In this document: piece by piece, positions 35,664 through 47,898 of the stretch
How positions within the stretch are numbered: the stretch's first letter is position 1
How the letters are laid out: every line of letters starts with the position of its first letter
DNA from: Chrysemys picta bellii
Taxonomy: Eukaryota
Direction: 5' to 3'
NCBI RefSeq assembly: GCF_011386835.1
Contig: NC_088791.1
Location: 123,256,001-123,320,000 of the forward strand
Length of the DNA: 64,000 nucleotides
Notes under the pieces: generated by a model
The model's database searches: none
What the model saw: only the letters and a program-made list of their open reading frames with translations
Told to the model about the DNA's origin: nothing
Translations under genes and position numbers: made by a program

Positions 35664-36582
35664 CTACCCCCGTTCCCATGGATGCCCCCGCATCCCTCCC
35701 ATTCCTTGGTGAGAATTATACCAGGCCCCTCCAGTTTCACGCCCCCCCTTAGGTCGGGGGTGCTTGATGGCACTCGCAGTTCGCATGTGGGAAGGTTTAT
35801 GCGGCCTGTGCCCTTTTCCCACCCCCATACCCCTGGGGTTCCAACTGGGCTGTGGTCTTCTCCCAGCGCTCCAGTCTGGAGGTCTGTGCTTTGGGCTCTC
35901 TTGGTTTAGAGCCGCCCTTTTAACCTTGGCCACCCTCCAGAAAGGATCCTTTATGCTGGGCAAGGGTCCTAAAGCTGTTTTCCCCTTGTCCCAGGCCTTT
36001 CTCCCCCTCTGACAGGGGTCACAGGATCCGCAGTACTGTCGGACAGTAGCAAAGACCCCAGGCCAGTAAAAGCTCCGTAGCAGCCTCTGCTGGGTACGCC
36101 AGGTTCCCTGGTGCCCTGAGAGGGGAATGTCATGGGCCCGGCACAGCAGTTGACGGCGATACTTCTGGGGTACCACCAGCTGCCTCCTGATCCCCCCTGA
36201 CTCCATTTTCCCTGGGGGAGCCCATTCTCGGTACAGGAACCCCTTCTCCCACAGGAACCTTTTCCGGCCACCTCGTCCCATGGTCTGTACCGCATTGAGG
36301 TCGGCCAGGTCCCTTATCTTCCGCAAGGAGGGATCTCTCTGCAACTCGGCTTGGAACTCAGCAGCTGGGACAGGGATGGCCACCTGCTCTTTCTCGCCAG
36401 CTGGGTCTGAAGCTGCAGCCTCCCTGAGCCGTGTCCCTGGGCGTTCCCTCCCTACCAGGTTAGGGTCCTGCGCCTCAGGCAAGGCACCCCCCCCCCCAAG
36501 GCCAGGGCGCAGTGCCCCTCGCCGGCTCTGACTGCGGGTCACAACCAGTGCCCTTTGGGGGTTGCTTGGCCAGTTCTCCAGG
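35664..36582 (-). pseudogene. Pol remnant: integrase N-terminal HHCC zinc-binding domain; catalytic core, RT and RNase H absent
   Basis: VVTRSQ linker, then RQLVVPQKYRRQLLCRAHDIPLSGHQG...FYWPG...YCGSCDPCQ...LGPLPSIKDPFWRVA, after which similarity stops. Frameshift relative to protease in the G10 run (C10 on + at 36583-36592). Confidence 0.85.
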
Positions 36583-38313
36583 CCCCCCCCCCATCAATAC
36601 CTCAGTGGGCAAATACAGGTGTACCCCCACATCCTTGGGGCCCTCCTTGGCCCCCCACTTCAGGTGTACCCTTGCCACGGGCACTTTGACTGGTGTCCCG
36701 CCCACCCCCGTCAGGGTCAGGTAGGTGTTGGGCACCACCTGATCTGGGGCCACCACCTCGGGCCGGGCCAGCGTCACCTCTGCGCCTGTATCCCAGTATC
36801 CATTGACCTTCCTCCCATCCACCTCCAGGGGAACAAGGTACTCTCTCCAGAGGGACAGCCCCGCGCCTACCGTATAAACCAAAAACCCTGAGTCTGGAGC
36901 CTCCAGCCCCCTAGAGGAGCTGGCCTGGAGCTCTCCTCCCTCCTTAGCAGGTGGTACTCTGCCAGCCCCCCTTCCCTGGGAATGCTGCCTCTCGCCGGGC
37001 TGGATCTCTACCCAGTCAACCCTCTGTGGGTTCGGTCTGCTCAGTCTGTCCCTGAGCCTGGGGCACAGGGCCCGTATGTGGCCTTTCTGGCAACAGTGGT
37101 AGCAGCCCATGTCCCATGGGTCCCCTTGAGTGGGTCGGATGGTCCTGACGCCGGATGTTCCCCTTTGATGGGGTTTTTCTGTATTTTCCCACGGGGAGGT
37201 CCCATGGTGACTCTCTCTCTGCGTTGTGGTGGGACTGTTCCTTTGGGACTCCTCCCTGTTATCTCCTGACCGGCTCTTTACAAACTAATCGGCCAGCCGG
37301 CCTGCATGTCGCGGGTTCTCTGGCTTTCTGTCCACCAACCACAGCCTCAGGTCGGATGGGCACCGCTCATACAGTTGCTCCAGTACCAGCAGTTTGACCA
37401 GGTCCTCCTTCGTCTGGGCCCCATCAGCCCACTTGCTGGCGTATCCTTCCATGCGGACGGCTAGTTGCAGATATGAGATCTCAGGGGTTTTATCCTGACT
37501 CCGTAACCTTTCCCGTTACATCTCAGGAGTCAGCCCAAACTCACGTAGCAGGGCCTTTTTGAATAGTTCGTAGTCCCCTTTCTCTGCCTCTTCCAGTTGG
37601 TGGTACAATGCCACGGCTTTGGGGTCCAGTAAGGGGGTAAGGACCCGGAGTCTGTCCGCGGGATCAACCCGGTGCAGCTCGCAGGCCGTCTCAAAGGCAT
37701 CCAGGAAGTCATCCATGTCCTCCCCCTCCTTGCATGGGGCCAGGATGCACTTATCAAAGCTCCGTGCAGTCTTGGGTCCCCCCTCACTCACCGCATCTGG
37801 GGGTTCGCTGCCCTTCAGTCTCGCCAGTTCCAGTTCATGCTGACGCTGTCTCTCATTCTCCTCCCGTTCATGCTGTCTCTGTTGTTCACGATCCTCCAGC
37901 TCTCTCAGTTTTAGCTCTTTCTCCCATTCCAGCCAATTCCGCTCCACGGATGCCGAAAGTCGCCGGGAGGATCCTCTGCTGGCCGGCGAGCTTCGCCGGG
38001 AGGATCCCCTGCTGGCCGGGGGGGTCACGGCGCCCTCGGTATTTGCTGGGCTCCTCCCCACCCTTCCCCTAGGCATAGGAAGGAGGGGTCTCGGGAAGCC
38101 CTCAGCAGCCGGCTGACCACTCCCAGCTGGGACAGACACTGGTGCCTGCGCTGCATTTGCCAGGCTGCTTCCCTGAGACACAGGGATCAGTTCATTCGCG
38201 CAATCTTCCGCCTCCAGCTGGGCAATGAGCTGTTCTTTGGTGAGCCTCCCACTGCGCAGCCCCCTCTGCTTGCACAGCTCCACCAGGTCGCTCTTAAGCT
38301 GCTTGGCATACAT
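36583..38313 (-). pseudogene. Gag-protease frame: SAP/HeH-like N-terminus, coiled region, SCAN-like capsid domain, CCHC knuckle, aspartic protease
   Basis: One frame from ATG 38313 with stops at 37516-37518 (TAA) and 37285-37287 (TAG). Motifs: LKSDLVELCKQRGL...TKEQLIAQL; LLVLEQLYERCPSDLRLWLVDRKP (SCAN-like); CYHCCQKGHIRALC; YWDTGAEVTL. Confidence 0.88.
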
Positions 38314-38633
38314 CTTCCTGCTGGCCACTCACCGGCCTGTGTGCCCACAGCTCCCCACAGTTCCCAGGGAGACCCCTAGTGTGCCAGCCCTTCTCGAGGT
38401 CACCACCTCTCTGCCAGGGTCGAGCTGCAGACTCCTCCGCCCCTGGGACCACTCGCTGCGATCCCCCCGGGGTACCCTGTTACCGCAAAAGTCCCTCTCG
38501 CTGGTCACACACTCCCAGGGGTAATAGCCGTCTCTCTCTCACTCTTCAGCACGCCTGGTCCCCGTCAATCCCCCTTCGTTTTACTGCTCCCCAGTCACTT
38601 ACTGCAGGAAGCGCCGTCCACGGGGTGCAGTAG

Positions 38634-38651
38634 ATCCCGCCGCTGCCACCA
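38634..38651 (-). promoter_or_regulatory. Primer binding site, tRNA-Leu type
   Basis: TGGTGGCAGCGGCGGGAT lies 2 nt inside the 5' LTR. It matches 17/18 to the complement of the recalled vertebrate tRNA-Leu(AAG/TAG) 3' end ATCCCACCGCTGCCACCA. Confidence 0.85.
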
Positions 38652-38653
38652 GT

Positions 38654-39119
38654 TGTCACGGAGTATTGGGGAACTCAGGGCCCTGCACCCCCGGCTTCCT
38701 GCGATTCACCATGACTCTCAGCCAGCCAGTAAAGCAGAAGGTTTATTTGGGATGACAGGAATACAGTCCAAGACAGGTCTTGCAGGCACAGACAACAGGG
38801 CCCCCCCCCCTCAGTTAGGTCCAGCTTGGGGTCCCAGGGCATCCCAGCCCCCCGCTTTGGGAGGTCAGAGCCATCTCTGCCTCCCAGCCATCTCTCTCCA
38901 GCCCACTTCCAACCCTCTCCTTCAGCGACCCCTCCCACAGCCTTTGTTCAGTTTCCTGGGCCAAGGTGTCACCTGGCCTCCACCCCTTCCTGGGTTCTCA
39001 TGTTACACACTCAGGTATTCTCCTTCGGGCCGTCTCCCATCCCCCAATGCAGACTATCCTAGCCACACTCCCCTGTCAGCATTCACAGACCACAGTAAGA
39101 ACAGTCCCAGTTCGTCACA
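38654..39119 (-). repeat. 5' LTR (466 bp)
   Basis: TGTCAC...GTCACA termini. Direct repeat of 35134-35597. Confidence 0.95.
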
Positions 39120-39732
39120 CTCCCCCCACCTATGGTGCAAGCAACCAAGACACTGAGAAGAAGACAAGACTCCAACACAGGAGATTGGCCCAGGTTTAAG
39201 GAACAAACCCATATATTAAGGATTGCAATATCCAGTGGGGTAAGAAAAACTGCTTAATCTAGTTTCTGCCCAGTCTAATAGGGATGAGAGTTTAGGCTGC
39301 GTGCTTATATATATAATTTTTTTGTAACCACTCTGACTTGTGATGCTTTGACTTATAATCACTTAAAATCTATCTTTATAGTTAATAAATCTATTTGTTT
39401 ATTCTACCTGAAGCAGTGTGTTTGGTTTGAAGCATGTCAGAGTCTCCCCTTGAAATAACAAATGACAAACTCATATAAGCTTGCAGCGTCCAGCGGGCAT
39501 AACTGGACACTGCAAGATGGAGGTTCCTAGTGTTGTGTCTGTGACCGGAGCTATTGGCTAGTGTCATTCAGTTGCAAGTAGCTAGGAGCAGCTTACATGG
39601 CAGAGGTTGTGTGTGAACAGCCCAGGAGTGGGGGTTCTCACAGCAGAGCAGGGTAACGCTGGCTCCCAGAGTCAAGGATTGGAGTGACCTAGCAGATCAC
39701 CGGTCCGGTTAACACCAGAGGGGAACATAACA
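39120..39732 (+). mobile_element. Older LTR, right part
   Basis: AATAAA at about 39384. Ends ...ACACCAGAGGGGAACATAACA (CA terminus), followed by an abrupt return to AT-rich DNA. Confidence 0.6.
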
Positions 39733-40689
39733 GTAAGATTCTTAACCATTCATTTATCTGTTTCAAGATTGTTCCTTGCTTTTCTTAGGTAACAAATTTA
39801 AATATTGTCTTTGTTTTCATAGGACTTAGTTAAATTCACTTACCTTTGCTATTTATAAACTGTTCAGGTTACCCACGCTAAACCAACAGGATTAATCAAC
39901 TCTTAAATGAAATTCCTTTGCCCAGCTATAAACTGTTCTGGTTATCGGTGATACACGAAGACAGGAATAATATTACTTGTCTTATGTTACCTAGAGGAGA
40001 GCATCCCCACCAAAAGAGGACCCATTCTTAAGGTCTCTCTGTTGAAAGCTGTTCACAGAAAGACATACAGAAAACATTGTATCTGAAGTAACCATTGGTC
40101 ACTGCCTGGGTTCTGTTTAGTTTTGTCTTATTTTATTTCTCTCTTTATTGAATAAAATAGCTATAGTTAATAACTATGCTGATTTTACTTGTCTTTAGTA
40201 GTGGTGTCAGCTAAGGCATGGCAAGAATCCCAAAGAGTGGGAGTCACCTCCCGGAATTGGCATTAAGAGAAACAGTTACTAAGAACTGGCCTGCCATTTC
40301 TTGTTTCTCTAGATTACAGATAAAATTACTTGGCATGTTAAAACACTCATTTCTATCCCACATACATCAGGGATGAATGGGGTCCCTGTTGTACAGTTAT
40401 TTCCCAAGTCAATGAGTCAGGGACTTTCAAACCACACAATACATTCTAAAGATGTCAGTCCAGGAACAAGCAAATACAAGTGTCACAAACTCTTGGAAAT
40501 GGGAAGCAAACGCAGTTCCTGTTCACATAGAAGGAGGATATTGTGACCTTCCCTCGAGGTCTTGTGGGCTTTAAATACTGTTGTCAGATGTTATGGGGAA
40601 TGACTGAACATGTATTGTCTTCCTCTTTTTAAAGCAAGAAAGTTGGTTTTGTGGTTAAAGCACAAGCCTGGGAGGTTGTGTTCCTATTG

Positions 40690-40693
<4 letters not shown>

Positions 40694-40726
<33 letters not shown>
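40694..40726. repeat. (TG)16 microsatellite
   Basis: Direct reading. Confidence 0.97.
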
Positions 40727-40731
<5 letters not shown>

Positions 40732-41003
40732 AGTAAGTCACTTAACTTCTTTGTGCCTTGTTTTCTCCATCTGCAAAATGGAGCTAACTCTTCCCTACCT
40801 CACAGGAGGCTGAAGTTTAAGTCATTCATGTTTTCAAAGTGCTTTGAGATCCTCTGATGAAAAGCACAATACTGTAGATCCGTAAAGTATCCTTATAGTG
40901 ATTTTTATTATCTACATGACCATGAACATACAGTCCCTGTTAACATAATCTGACAAGGACTCTGTTTAAGGCCACCAGCATTTTTTAACCCTGGTGCATC
41001 TTA

Positions 41004-41390
41004 GGGTATGTCTACACTGCACAGTAAGCCTGGCTCTGACTCAGGTTTGAGCCCAATCCCCCCTACCATCCACACACAAATCTGTCCAGCTTGGGTCAGC
41101 AAGCACTCAGGACCTGGGTCCTAGGACCCTGCTGGAGGGGGGAGATCAGAGCCCAAGTCCCACTAAGACTCAGGACCAAGCCCTGTCATTTTGCATTTTG
41201 AATGCAGGTCAAGCTGCAGACCCAATTCAGAAAGTCTGCATAATACAGTACTGACGCATTAGCTCGGCTGTGAGACTTAGGTCCAGCAATTGTAAACCCA
41301 GGCTTACAATGCAGTGCGGACACTCAAGTGCGGGCTCGGAAAACACTGAGTCCACAAGCCTGGGTCCCACAGACCTGGTTTACAAGGCCC
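41004..41390. mobile_element. PIF/Harbinger MITE (left of a tandem pair)
   Basis: TTA-GGGTATGTCTACACTGC start, degenerate right TIR ...TTTACAAGGCCC, then TTA. Confidence 0.6.
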
Positions 41391-41393
41391 TTA

Positions 41394-41669
41394 GGGATAT
41401 CTACCCTGCAGTTAAACACCTATAGGTGGCACGTGCCAGTTGACTTGGGCTCATGGGGCTTGGGGGAAGGGACTGTTTAATTGTGGTGTCGAGATTCAGG
41501 CTTGGGCTGGAGCCCGAGCTCTGGGACCTTCCCATCTCAAAGGGTCCTAGGCTCCAGCCCAAGCCCAAACCTCTACCCTGCAATTAAACAGCCCCTGAGC
41601 CCGAGCCTCACAAGCCTAAGTCAGCTGGCACAGGCCAGCCTTGGGTGTCTAATTGCAGTATAAATACCC
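41394..41669. mobile_element. PIF/Harbinger MITE (right of a tandem pair)
   Basis: TIRs GGGATATCTACCCTGC / GCAGTATAAATACCC with TTA on both sides. Confidence 0.7.
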
Positions 41670-42260
41670 TTAGAGGCTGCAGCTTGGAGCAAATTGCACC
41701 AAGATATACTCAGAGAAACTGTCATGCAACTGATTAAGAGTTCAAGTAAAAATAAAGCACCAGTCTCCCACACACTTCTCCAGTAAACAGCGAGGTGATT
41801 AAGGGGGAAGTTGTGAGGGGATGTCATTTCTGTGACTAAAGCGTACTGGGCAAGATGCTGCAGCAGGGGCTCAGAATAGGTATAAAATGAGCACATGAGA
41901 GTCTTCCTAAGGGTCAAGGCTGCAAATCTAAGTGGGGATGCTATGGTGTTGAATACCCAAAATGAGACAGTCGAGCACCCAAGTGTAGTGGCAGGGTGAG
42001 GCATGATATTATTGACAGGCTAGGTGTGCCGCACAATGGGCTTACAGGCGTCTAAAGGAAAAAGCACTCAGACACAGCATATGTTACAAACCAGCTGGAC
42101 TATTCATAACAGCTATTACTAGGGACAGATAGCAAATGCACCTCTGCTGTTTATTGCTGTGTCCATCAAGCGTGCAGTACCCTGATACCATTTCTCAGTA
42201 CTTCAAAAGACCCAGGCTCCTTCACCCTGATAACCATTGCTGGGTGAACACTGCACAGTC

Positions 42261-42263
<3 letters not shown>

Positions 42264-42318
<55 letters not shown>
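42264..42318. repeat. (TG)27 microsatellite
   Basis: Direct reading. Confidence 0.97.
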
Positions 42319-42322
<4 letters not shown>

Positions 42323-43924
42323 ACAGAGTAGTATTACACTCATTTTTTTGCACATCCACAAAAAGCCTCATCAGTGCAAGTTAGTCAGAAAATGGGTGTA
42401 AGCAACAAAGTAATTGATCTTACACTTGATAGCTAATTTTATAGCTTTAAGTAAGTCACTGCAGATTTTTTCCAGATCCGAATCCAAGCTTCTTCAATAT
42501 TAGGAGGGAGAGTTCTGATTGGGGCTTGATCCAGCAGTTAACTTTAATAAGATCAAGCAGGAATTAGTGAAAAAATTTCATATAACTCTCCCTCTTGATC
42601 TGAAGAATACTGTACTTGCATGAACTCACTGAATATTACATTCAGATTAAGGTATATTTCTATTAAAATGCAAAACTGGAAAATTTCTGAGGTAGAAAAG
42701 CAAGGTTCTTGCAGGGACAAGGGGCCTAGAAATTTGACATAAGGATGTGAAATTGACTTTCAAGTTGCAATCTCTTATTCACCGCTCCCAACAAAAGTGA
42801 TCACCAAAAATAACAGGAAGAAAAAGCCCCTTTCACACACCAAATCTTGGCAACAATTAAAACACTGCCACTAAAAAAAATACTCTGTCATTTGATTACC
42901 TCAGTATTTCCTGCTCACACCCGGAGGTTGTCCCTCATGCATACTCAGGGTAAGTGGAGCTTATACATTTTATTTTTACATCACTCTTACGGATATCTAT
43001 TGCAACTCATCTGAAGTTTGTCTCCAGGTTCAAGCTGGACAGATTCCAGGAATTAATTACTCTGTTTCACATATGTTGGTGTATAAAAGGTTTTTTATTT
43101 GAAGATTTCTTACTCACTTGAAAAGAATGTGTAGTGGCTGTTGACCTCTCTTTCCCTGCTTGTGTCGTAATGGAGGGAATAATCACGCAGAGCTTCCAGG
43201 TAAGAGAAAACATTTGAGAGAAGCATAGCCTTGAAAGAGATAGAAATAGTTATACTGAGCATCCCGCCGAATGGAGAACGAAAAGGAACAATTAACACAA
43301 GCATAGGACTTTGCAAGTTGCCTCTTCTCTAAAGCATCTTTTGTGTGATTGTATTATACCAAGCCTCCAGGACAACTCTACACAGCCAGATAATTCCACT
43401 TACCACTAATCTGGAATTCTGAAATGAAAAAATGCTGGATTCTTTTCTTTTAATGGCAGCCATACCAGTTTAGGCTATGACTTTGTCAGGTCACACCGCT
43501 GAAGTCTTTTGAAATCCCAAGCACAGAAGCAGTATTGGTCATTTGCTGGGTCTCAGTCTTCCTGCTGAGAAATTTAAACAAACTATAGAGCAGCGATTCC
43601 TGACTTCTGCATCACTGTCCTGTGAAAGGCTTTTCCCATCGACATATCTACCGCTTCTCAGGGAGGTGGATTAACTACATCAATGGGAAAAGCTCTCCTG
43701 TCAGTAGTATCGTCTTCACTAAAGCACTACAGAGGCGCAATTACCCCAGTGTAGCTATGCCCTTGTATGTGAAGACAAGGCCCTAGACCATTTCCATTGG
43801 GGTTGCATCAGTTCCTGAGCAGAGCTACTTTATTTCCTACCAGATGTTCCACTTTATGCCTCAGACTGCTTGGCTTGCTGCACTGGGATCAAATTGTTCT
43901 GGAGACTTTCTTTGTTGTTTCTCT

Positions 43925-45533
43925 GATGTACATTCAACCATCATCACTCTGGCTCTCACCAGCCTTGGTTATACTAAAGGGAGACCCCAAAACACCCCCA
44001 GTCTTATATTCCCCCCCAGAAATGTATGTCCTGTACTGCCCAGCCCTCTGCTGGACAATACAAGTTTTATAAAGTCTATGATGTCTTTAATATGCCCTGT
44101 AGCAGGGTGGTCACCCGCTCCTGCCCGGAAGGGCTTAAAACAGCCCTTCGAGAGGGCTGTGGCAGGGGGAACAGCCCAAGCTGAGTGGGAAACAGGCTCA
44201 GCTGGGGCCATGCCCCAATCAGGGCCCAGCTGGCCCTATAAAGGCTTGAGCCTGGAGCTCAAGCAAACACTCTTTCTCTTTAGAGGAAGAAGGGCCTGGC
44301 TGCTGGAGAGCATACCTGGGTACCTAAGGTGGAGCAGGGCTGGGGGAAGCCAAGAGGAGCTGGGGAGCTCTGGCCTGGAAACCCCACAGGCTGCAGGCCT
44401 AGGGTAAGGCCGACTGGGTACTGGGGTTGCAAAGGGGCAGCCCACGGGTAGGCAGAGGCAGCAGGTCCAAACCCCCCTTTGCCTATGATGAGTGGCTTAT
44501 ACTGCAGTCTGCCCCAGTGAACGGGGGCTAGATGGAGACTGGGCAGTAGCCAAGACTGAGGCAAAGTGGGGATAGTGGATGGGGGCTCCCCTGGGAGGGG
44601 GAGACCCTGAGACTGAGGGGTTTTGCAAGGGGGCAGAAACCCAGGGAAGGGGCACTGGGTCCTGGGAGGGACATGGGGGGCCAGAGTGAGGTAAGGCGGA
44701 TCATTGGCCTGCAGAGGGCGCTCCGGGACTGGGACTAGCTAATTCCCAACAGAGACCAGCAGGAGGCATTGCAGGGGTGAGTCCACACGTTTACATGCCC
44801 ACAAACTTGCCACCCTAAATGGAATTTCCCAGACACGCCAATTTAAATACAAAGAGAGAATTTAACTGAGTACCAGAAATCAGGCATCAGAGTCAGAAAT
44901 GGTTACAAGAAAAATAAAGATAAGACATTTACTAATGCCTAACTTAACAAACAATATCCGATTCAAGCAAAGTTTCTCACCATATGCTTTCAGCAGTCTT
45001 ACTGACCAAACCTTCTAGGTTAGGACCCCTTCTCCCAGAATCCAATGATGGCTTCATTTGTTACTTCAGGTGCAGTGAATTCAATGGGAAGGGAGAGAGA
45101 GAGCAGTGCCTTGGGTGTCCCTCCTTTTTATAGTTTCAGTCCCCCTCTTGTACCATATTTCCAGCTGGGTACCAGGAGACAAAAGGTCTATGTGGAAGGA
45201 TGCTCTCTGTTGCTTTTTTCTCACCTATTTTGAGCTTCCTTTGTTTACCTTCCTGCTTGATGACTTGGTTTACTGCTTAAATGCAAATTAAGCAGAGCAC
45301 ACATTCCTTTGTTTAAGACAGTCCTGTTTGCCAACATCAGTTTGGAACATGTGTTAATAACACCATAGAGTGGAATATTATAACTTCACATACAATGTTG
45401 CCACACATATTTTATCAGGATGATAATGATCAGTTAAGTAAGAGTTTTCAAATGATACCTCGCATGACATACTTTGTACAAAGATTATTACAATAGTGTG
45501 TAGGGTGTGAATACAGGAATACATTCTGTCATA
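43925..45533. mobile_element. Older LTR-like element interrupted by the 44098 solo LTR
   Basis: LTR-like sequence on both sides of the insertion, ending ACATTCTGTCATA. The left boundary is approximate. Confidence 0.5.
44098..44795 (+). mobile_element. Solo LTR (698 bp)
   Basis: TGTAGC...TTTACA termini. Perfect TGCCC TSD at 44093-44097 and 44796-44800. CCAAT at 44215 and TATAAA at 44237. Confidence 0.88.
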
Positions 45534-47898
45534 ATAATATTTACCCACCTACCTCAAAAGAAATGTGTGTAGAATGGGGTAATAGCCCCTCACCTGAGCA
45601 TTGTAAGGATAATTATGTTAAAGATTGTGGGATGCTCAGATACAACAGTAATGAGGGCAAAGTAAGTACTTAAAACAGACAGATACTCTGTGAGGATTAA
45701 TTAGTTCTTCTGTACAGTGCTTTGAACATTTAAAATGATATATCCATGTTAATCCATACAAACATTTGAGCTCTTCACTGGAGTTAAAAAGGCAAGGTCA
45801 TGTACAGTATGTATCTTAAAAATGCCTCTGGCAGCTCTCAAAATTATAGGCTCAACTATACATATTCATTTTGAACCACAAATACAGAGACTATTGTCAT
45901 TGTGCAAAAGATATTAAACAATGTAAAACATTCTAGAGCATTCTAGAGCAAATATCTGGTTGTGACAATCTCCTATTGCCTTGCCAGGAGGGTTTGGTGA
46001 GATGTTTCTTTTCTCAAAGGTTGCTTTTTCAGGAGCGTATAGAAAACAACCTTTCTTACAATTCAGCCTGAAGCAATAAGGGCTAAGCTATTTTGGGAGA
46101 TGAGAGATAAGCAAAGCAGAAAACCTTATCAGAGATTTGTCTTGACTTGCAAGGTATTTTCTTTAATGAAAGAATTCAAACAATGGTCAGAAATGCTCTG
46201 TCGGTTTAGATTTGTTTTCAGACAAAACTCACTCACACAGCCCTCCTACCAAAATAGGCCTGTTTGGATTAGATTCCTGAATGTTGCTCTTTGACTTTCG
46301 GGATTAAAAACTAGTTAAGAGTCAGAAAACAAAGAATGAACAGAAATAAATGGACAATTCAGAGCACAGACAGAGATTAGTAGTGTGTTTCACCAGGGAT
46401 CAGTATTGGTTCAACATTTTATTAGGATCTGAGTCCAGATCCAAACTTCTCCAAAGCTGACAGGAGGAGTGAAGTGTTTAGATCCAGGATTTTTGTGTTT
46501 GAACCCATCCCTTTTATTTATTAATTGTCTGGAACATAGGGTGCATAGCAAAGTGGCAAAAAGTGCTGAAAACTCAAAATTAATCACGGCTTGGGAGAAT
46601 GTCCAGAAAGACCAATCAAAATTAGGTAACTAGGCAATTTAATTGCAGATACATTTCTGTGTAGAACTGTTCCAGTAAAATACAACTGTTCTCATATACA
46701 CTGAAGGGTTGTAACTTCCCAACACAATGATCCAGGAAGCCATCCTGAACAAATTAAATAAGATGTTTTCTTGGTGCGTTACAGCTAGTAAGATGTTAGG
46801 CTATATAGAAAATGTCATTGTACAAAATTGATGCTACAGTATATCCTCGCCTTGAGTACTGCAATTAGTCCCCTAATTTCTGAAAGGCTATGACAGGAAT
46901 GAAAAAGAACAATAATGTTTTTAGGACTATGCTAATTCATTGTGGGGAAAATTCACTCCTGTGCAGACCACCAGCAAAAATCCCAGGCTTCAATTAAACC
47001 CCAGATAAATCCTGACATAGGATTTATGTGGGATTTAAGCGATTCATAGGACTTTTGCTGGCCATTTCACCTTGCGAGAGGGAAATCTGGTAGAGGTGGC
47101 TAATTTGGGGGACAGTTTGGGTGGATGGGATCAGTGGATGCTGGGTTACAATCTCACACCAGTTCTACACTCATGTCATTCCATTGACTTCATTGGTTGA
47201 TATCAGTGTAAGTGAGATCACAATTCTGTTCTAACAGGATTCTTTTATTGCTGCGTATCACTGTAGTATGAGTGTTTTCCAGAGCACATTGAGTGATATG
47301 ACTACTGCACTCTGTCATGTGTGGTTCTTTCTCTCCTCCCTTTCTTGAAGGATAAATTTTGTGGGATTTTTTTATTTGAATTTTGGGAAACTGATAAAAT
47401 GGCTCGTTTTTTGTGGAAGAGTGGACAAGTTACACAGTGCAACAAAGATCATGGGCCCAATGGAAGAGTGGCATCCACAGATGATTCACAATTGGCTTCT
47501 TCTGACTCAGAAGCAGCTAGTTGGGGAACAAAGTTGGGTCTTCCCAGAAGGTGATCTAAGGGGTGGTGAGGCTGCTTAAACTACAGGGGGTAAATATCCC
47601 ATCACACGGCAGGGGCTAGTACCCACCATCTCCAGAGGCTACTATTACAAAGAAGGCACTATACAAACGAATATCCTTAAATGCTTGCTGTTTATTATTT
47701 ATTAATTTTTAAAGGTAATATTGGCTTTTAGCTCATGCAGTAGAGGCTCATGCATTGAGCTTCAGAGATCCTGGGTTCAATTCCAGCTGCCGGTGTTACC
47801 TTTGTATGCTGATTTGTAACAGGGACTTGATGGATTAGGTTGTTGGTACAGTGTAGCTCTCATAGAGGCAAATCACGAGGTCCTTAATTCATTTTTAA

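Larger units (their letters stand above)
35134..39119 (-). mobile_element. Gmr1-type Gypsy LTR retrotransposon, internally deleted (3986 bp)
   Basis: Two LTRs about 98% identical, PBS, PPT, and a Gag-protease-integrase Zn-finger order with no RT or RNase H. A probable CTCC(C) TSD is obscured by the left poly-C run. Confidence 0.93.

Noticed and set aside
35023-35752. ORFs spanning the LTRs (also 38653-39199)
   Set aside because: They are duplicated because the LTRs are duplicated, and the translations are non-coding GC-rich read-throughs.
37950-38030. 33-nt tandem duplication in gag (PASRGSSRR twice)
   Set aside because: An in-frame low-complexity linker duplication, common in Gag spacers.
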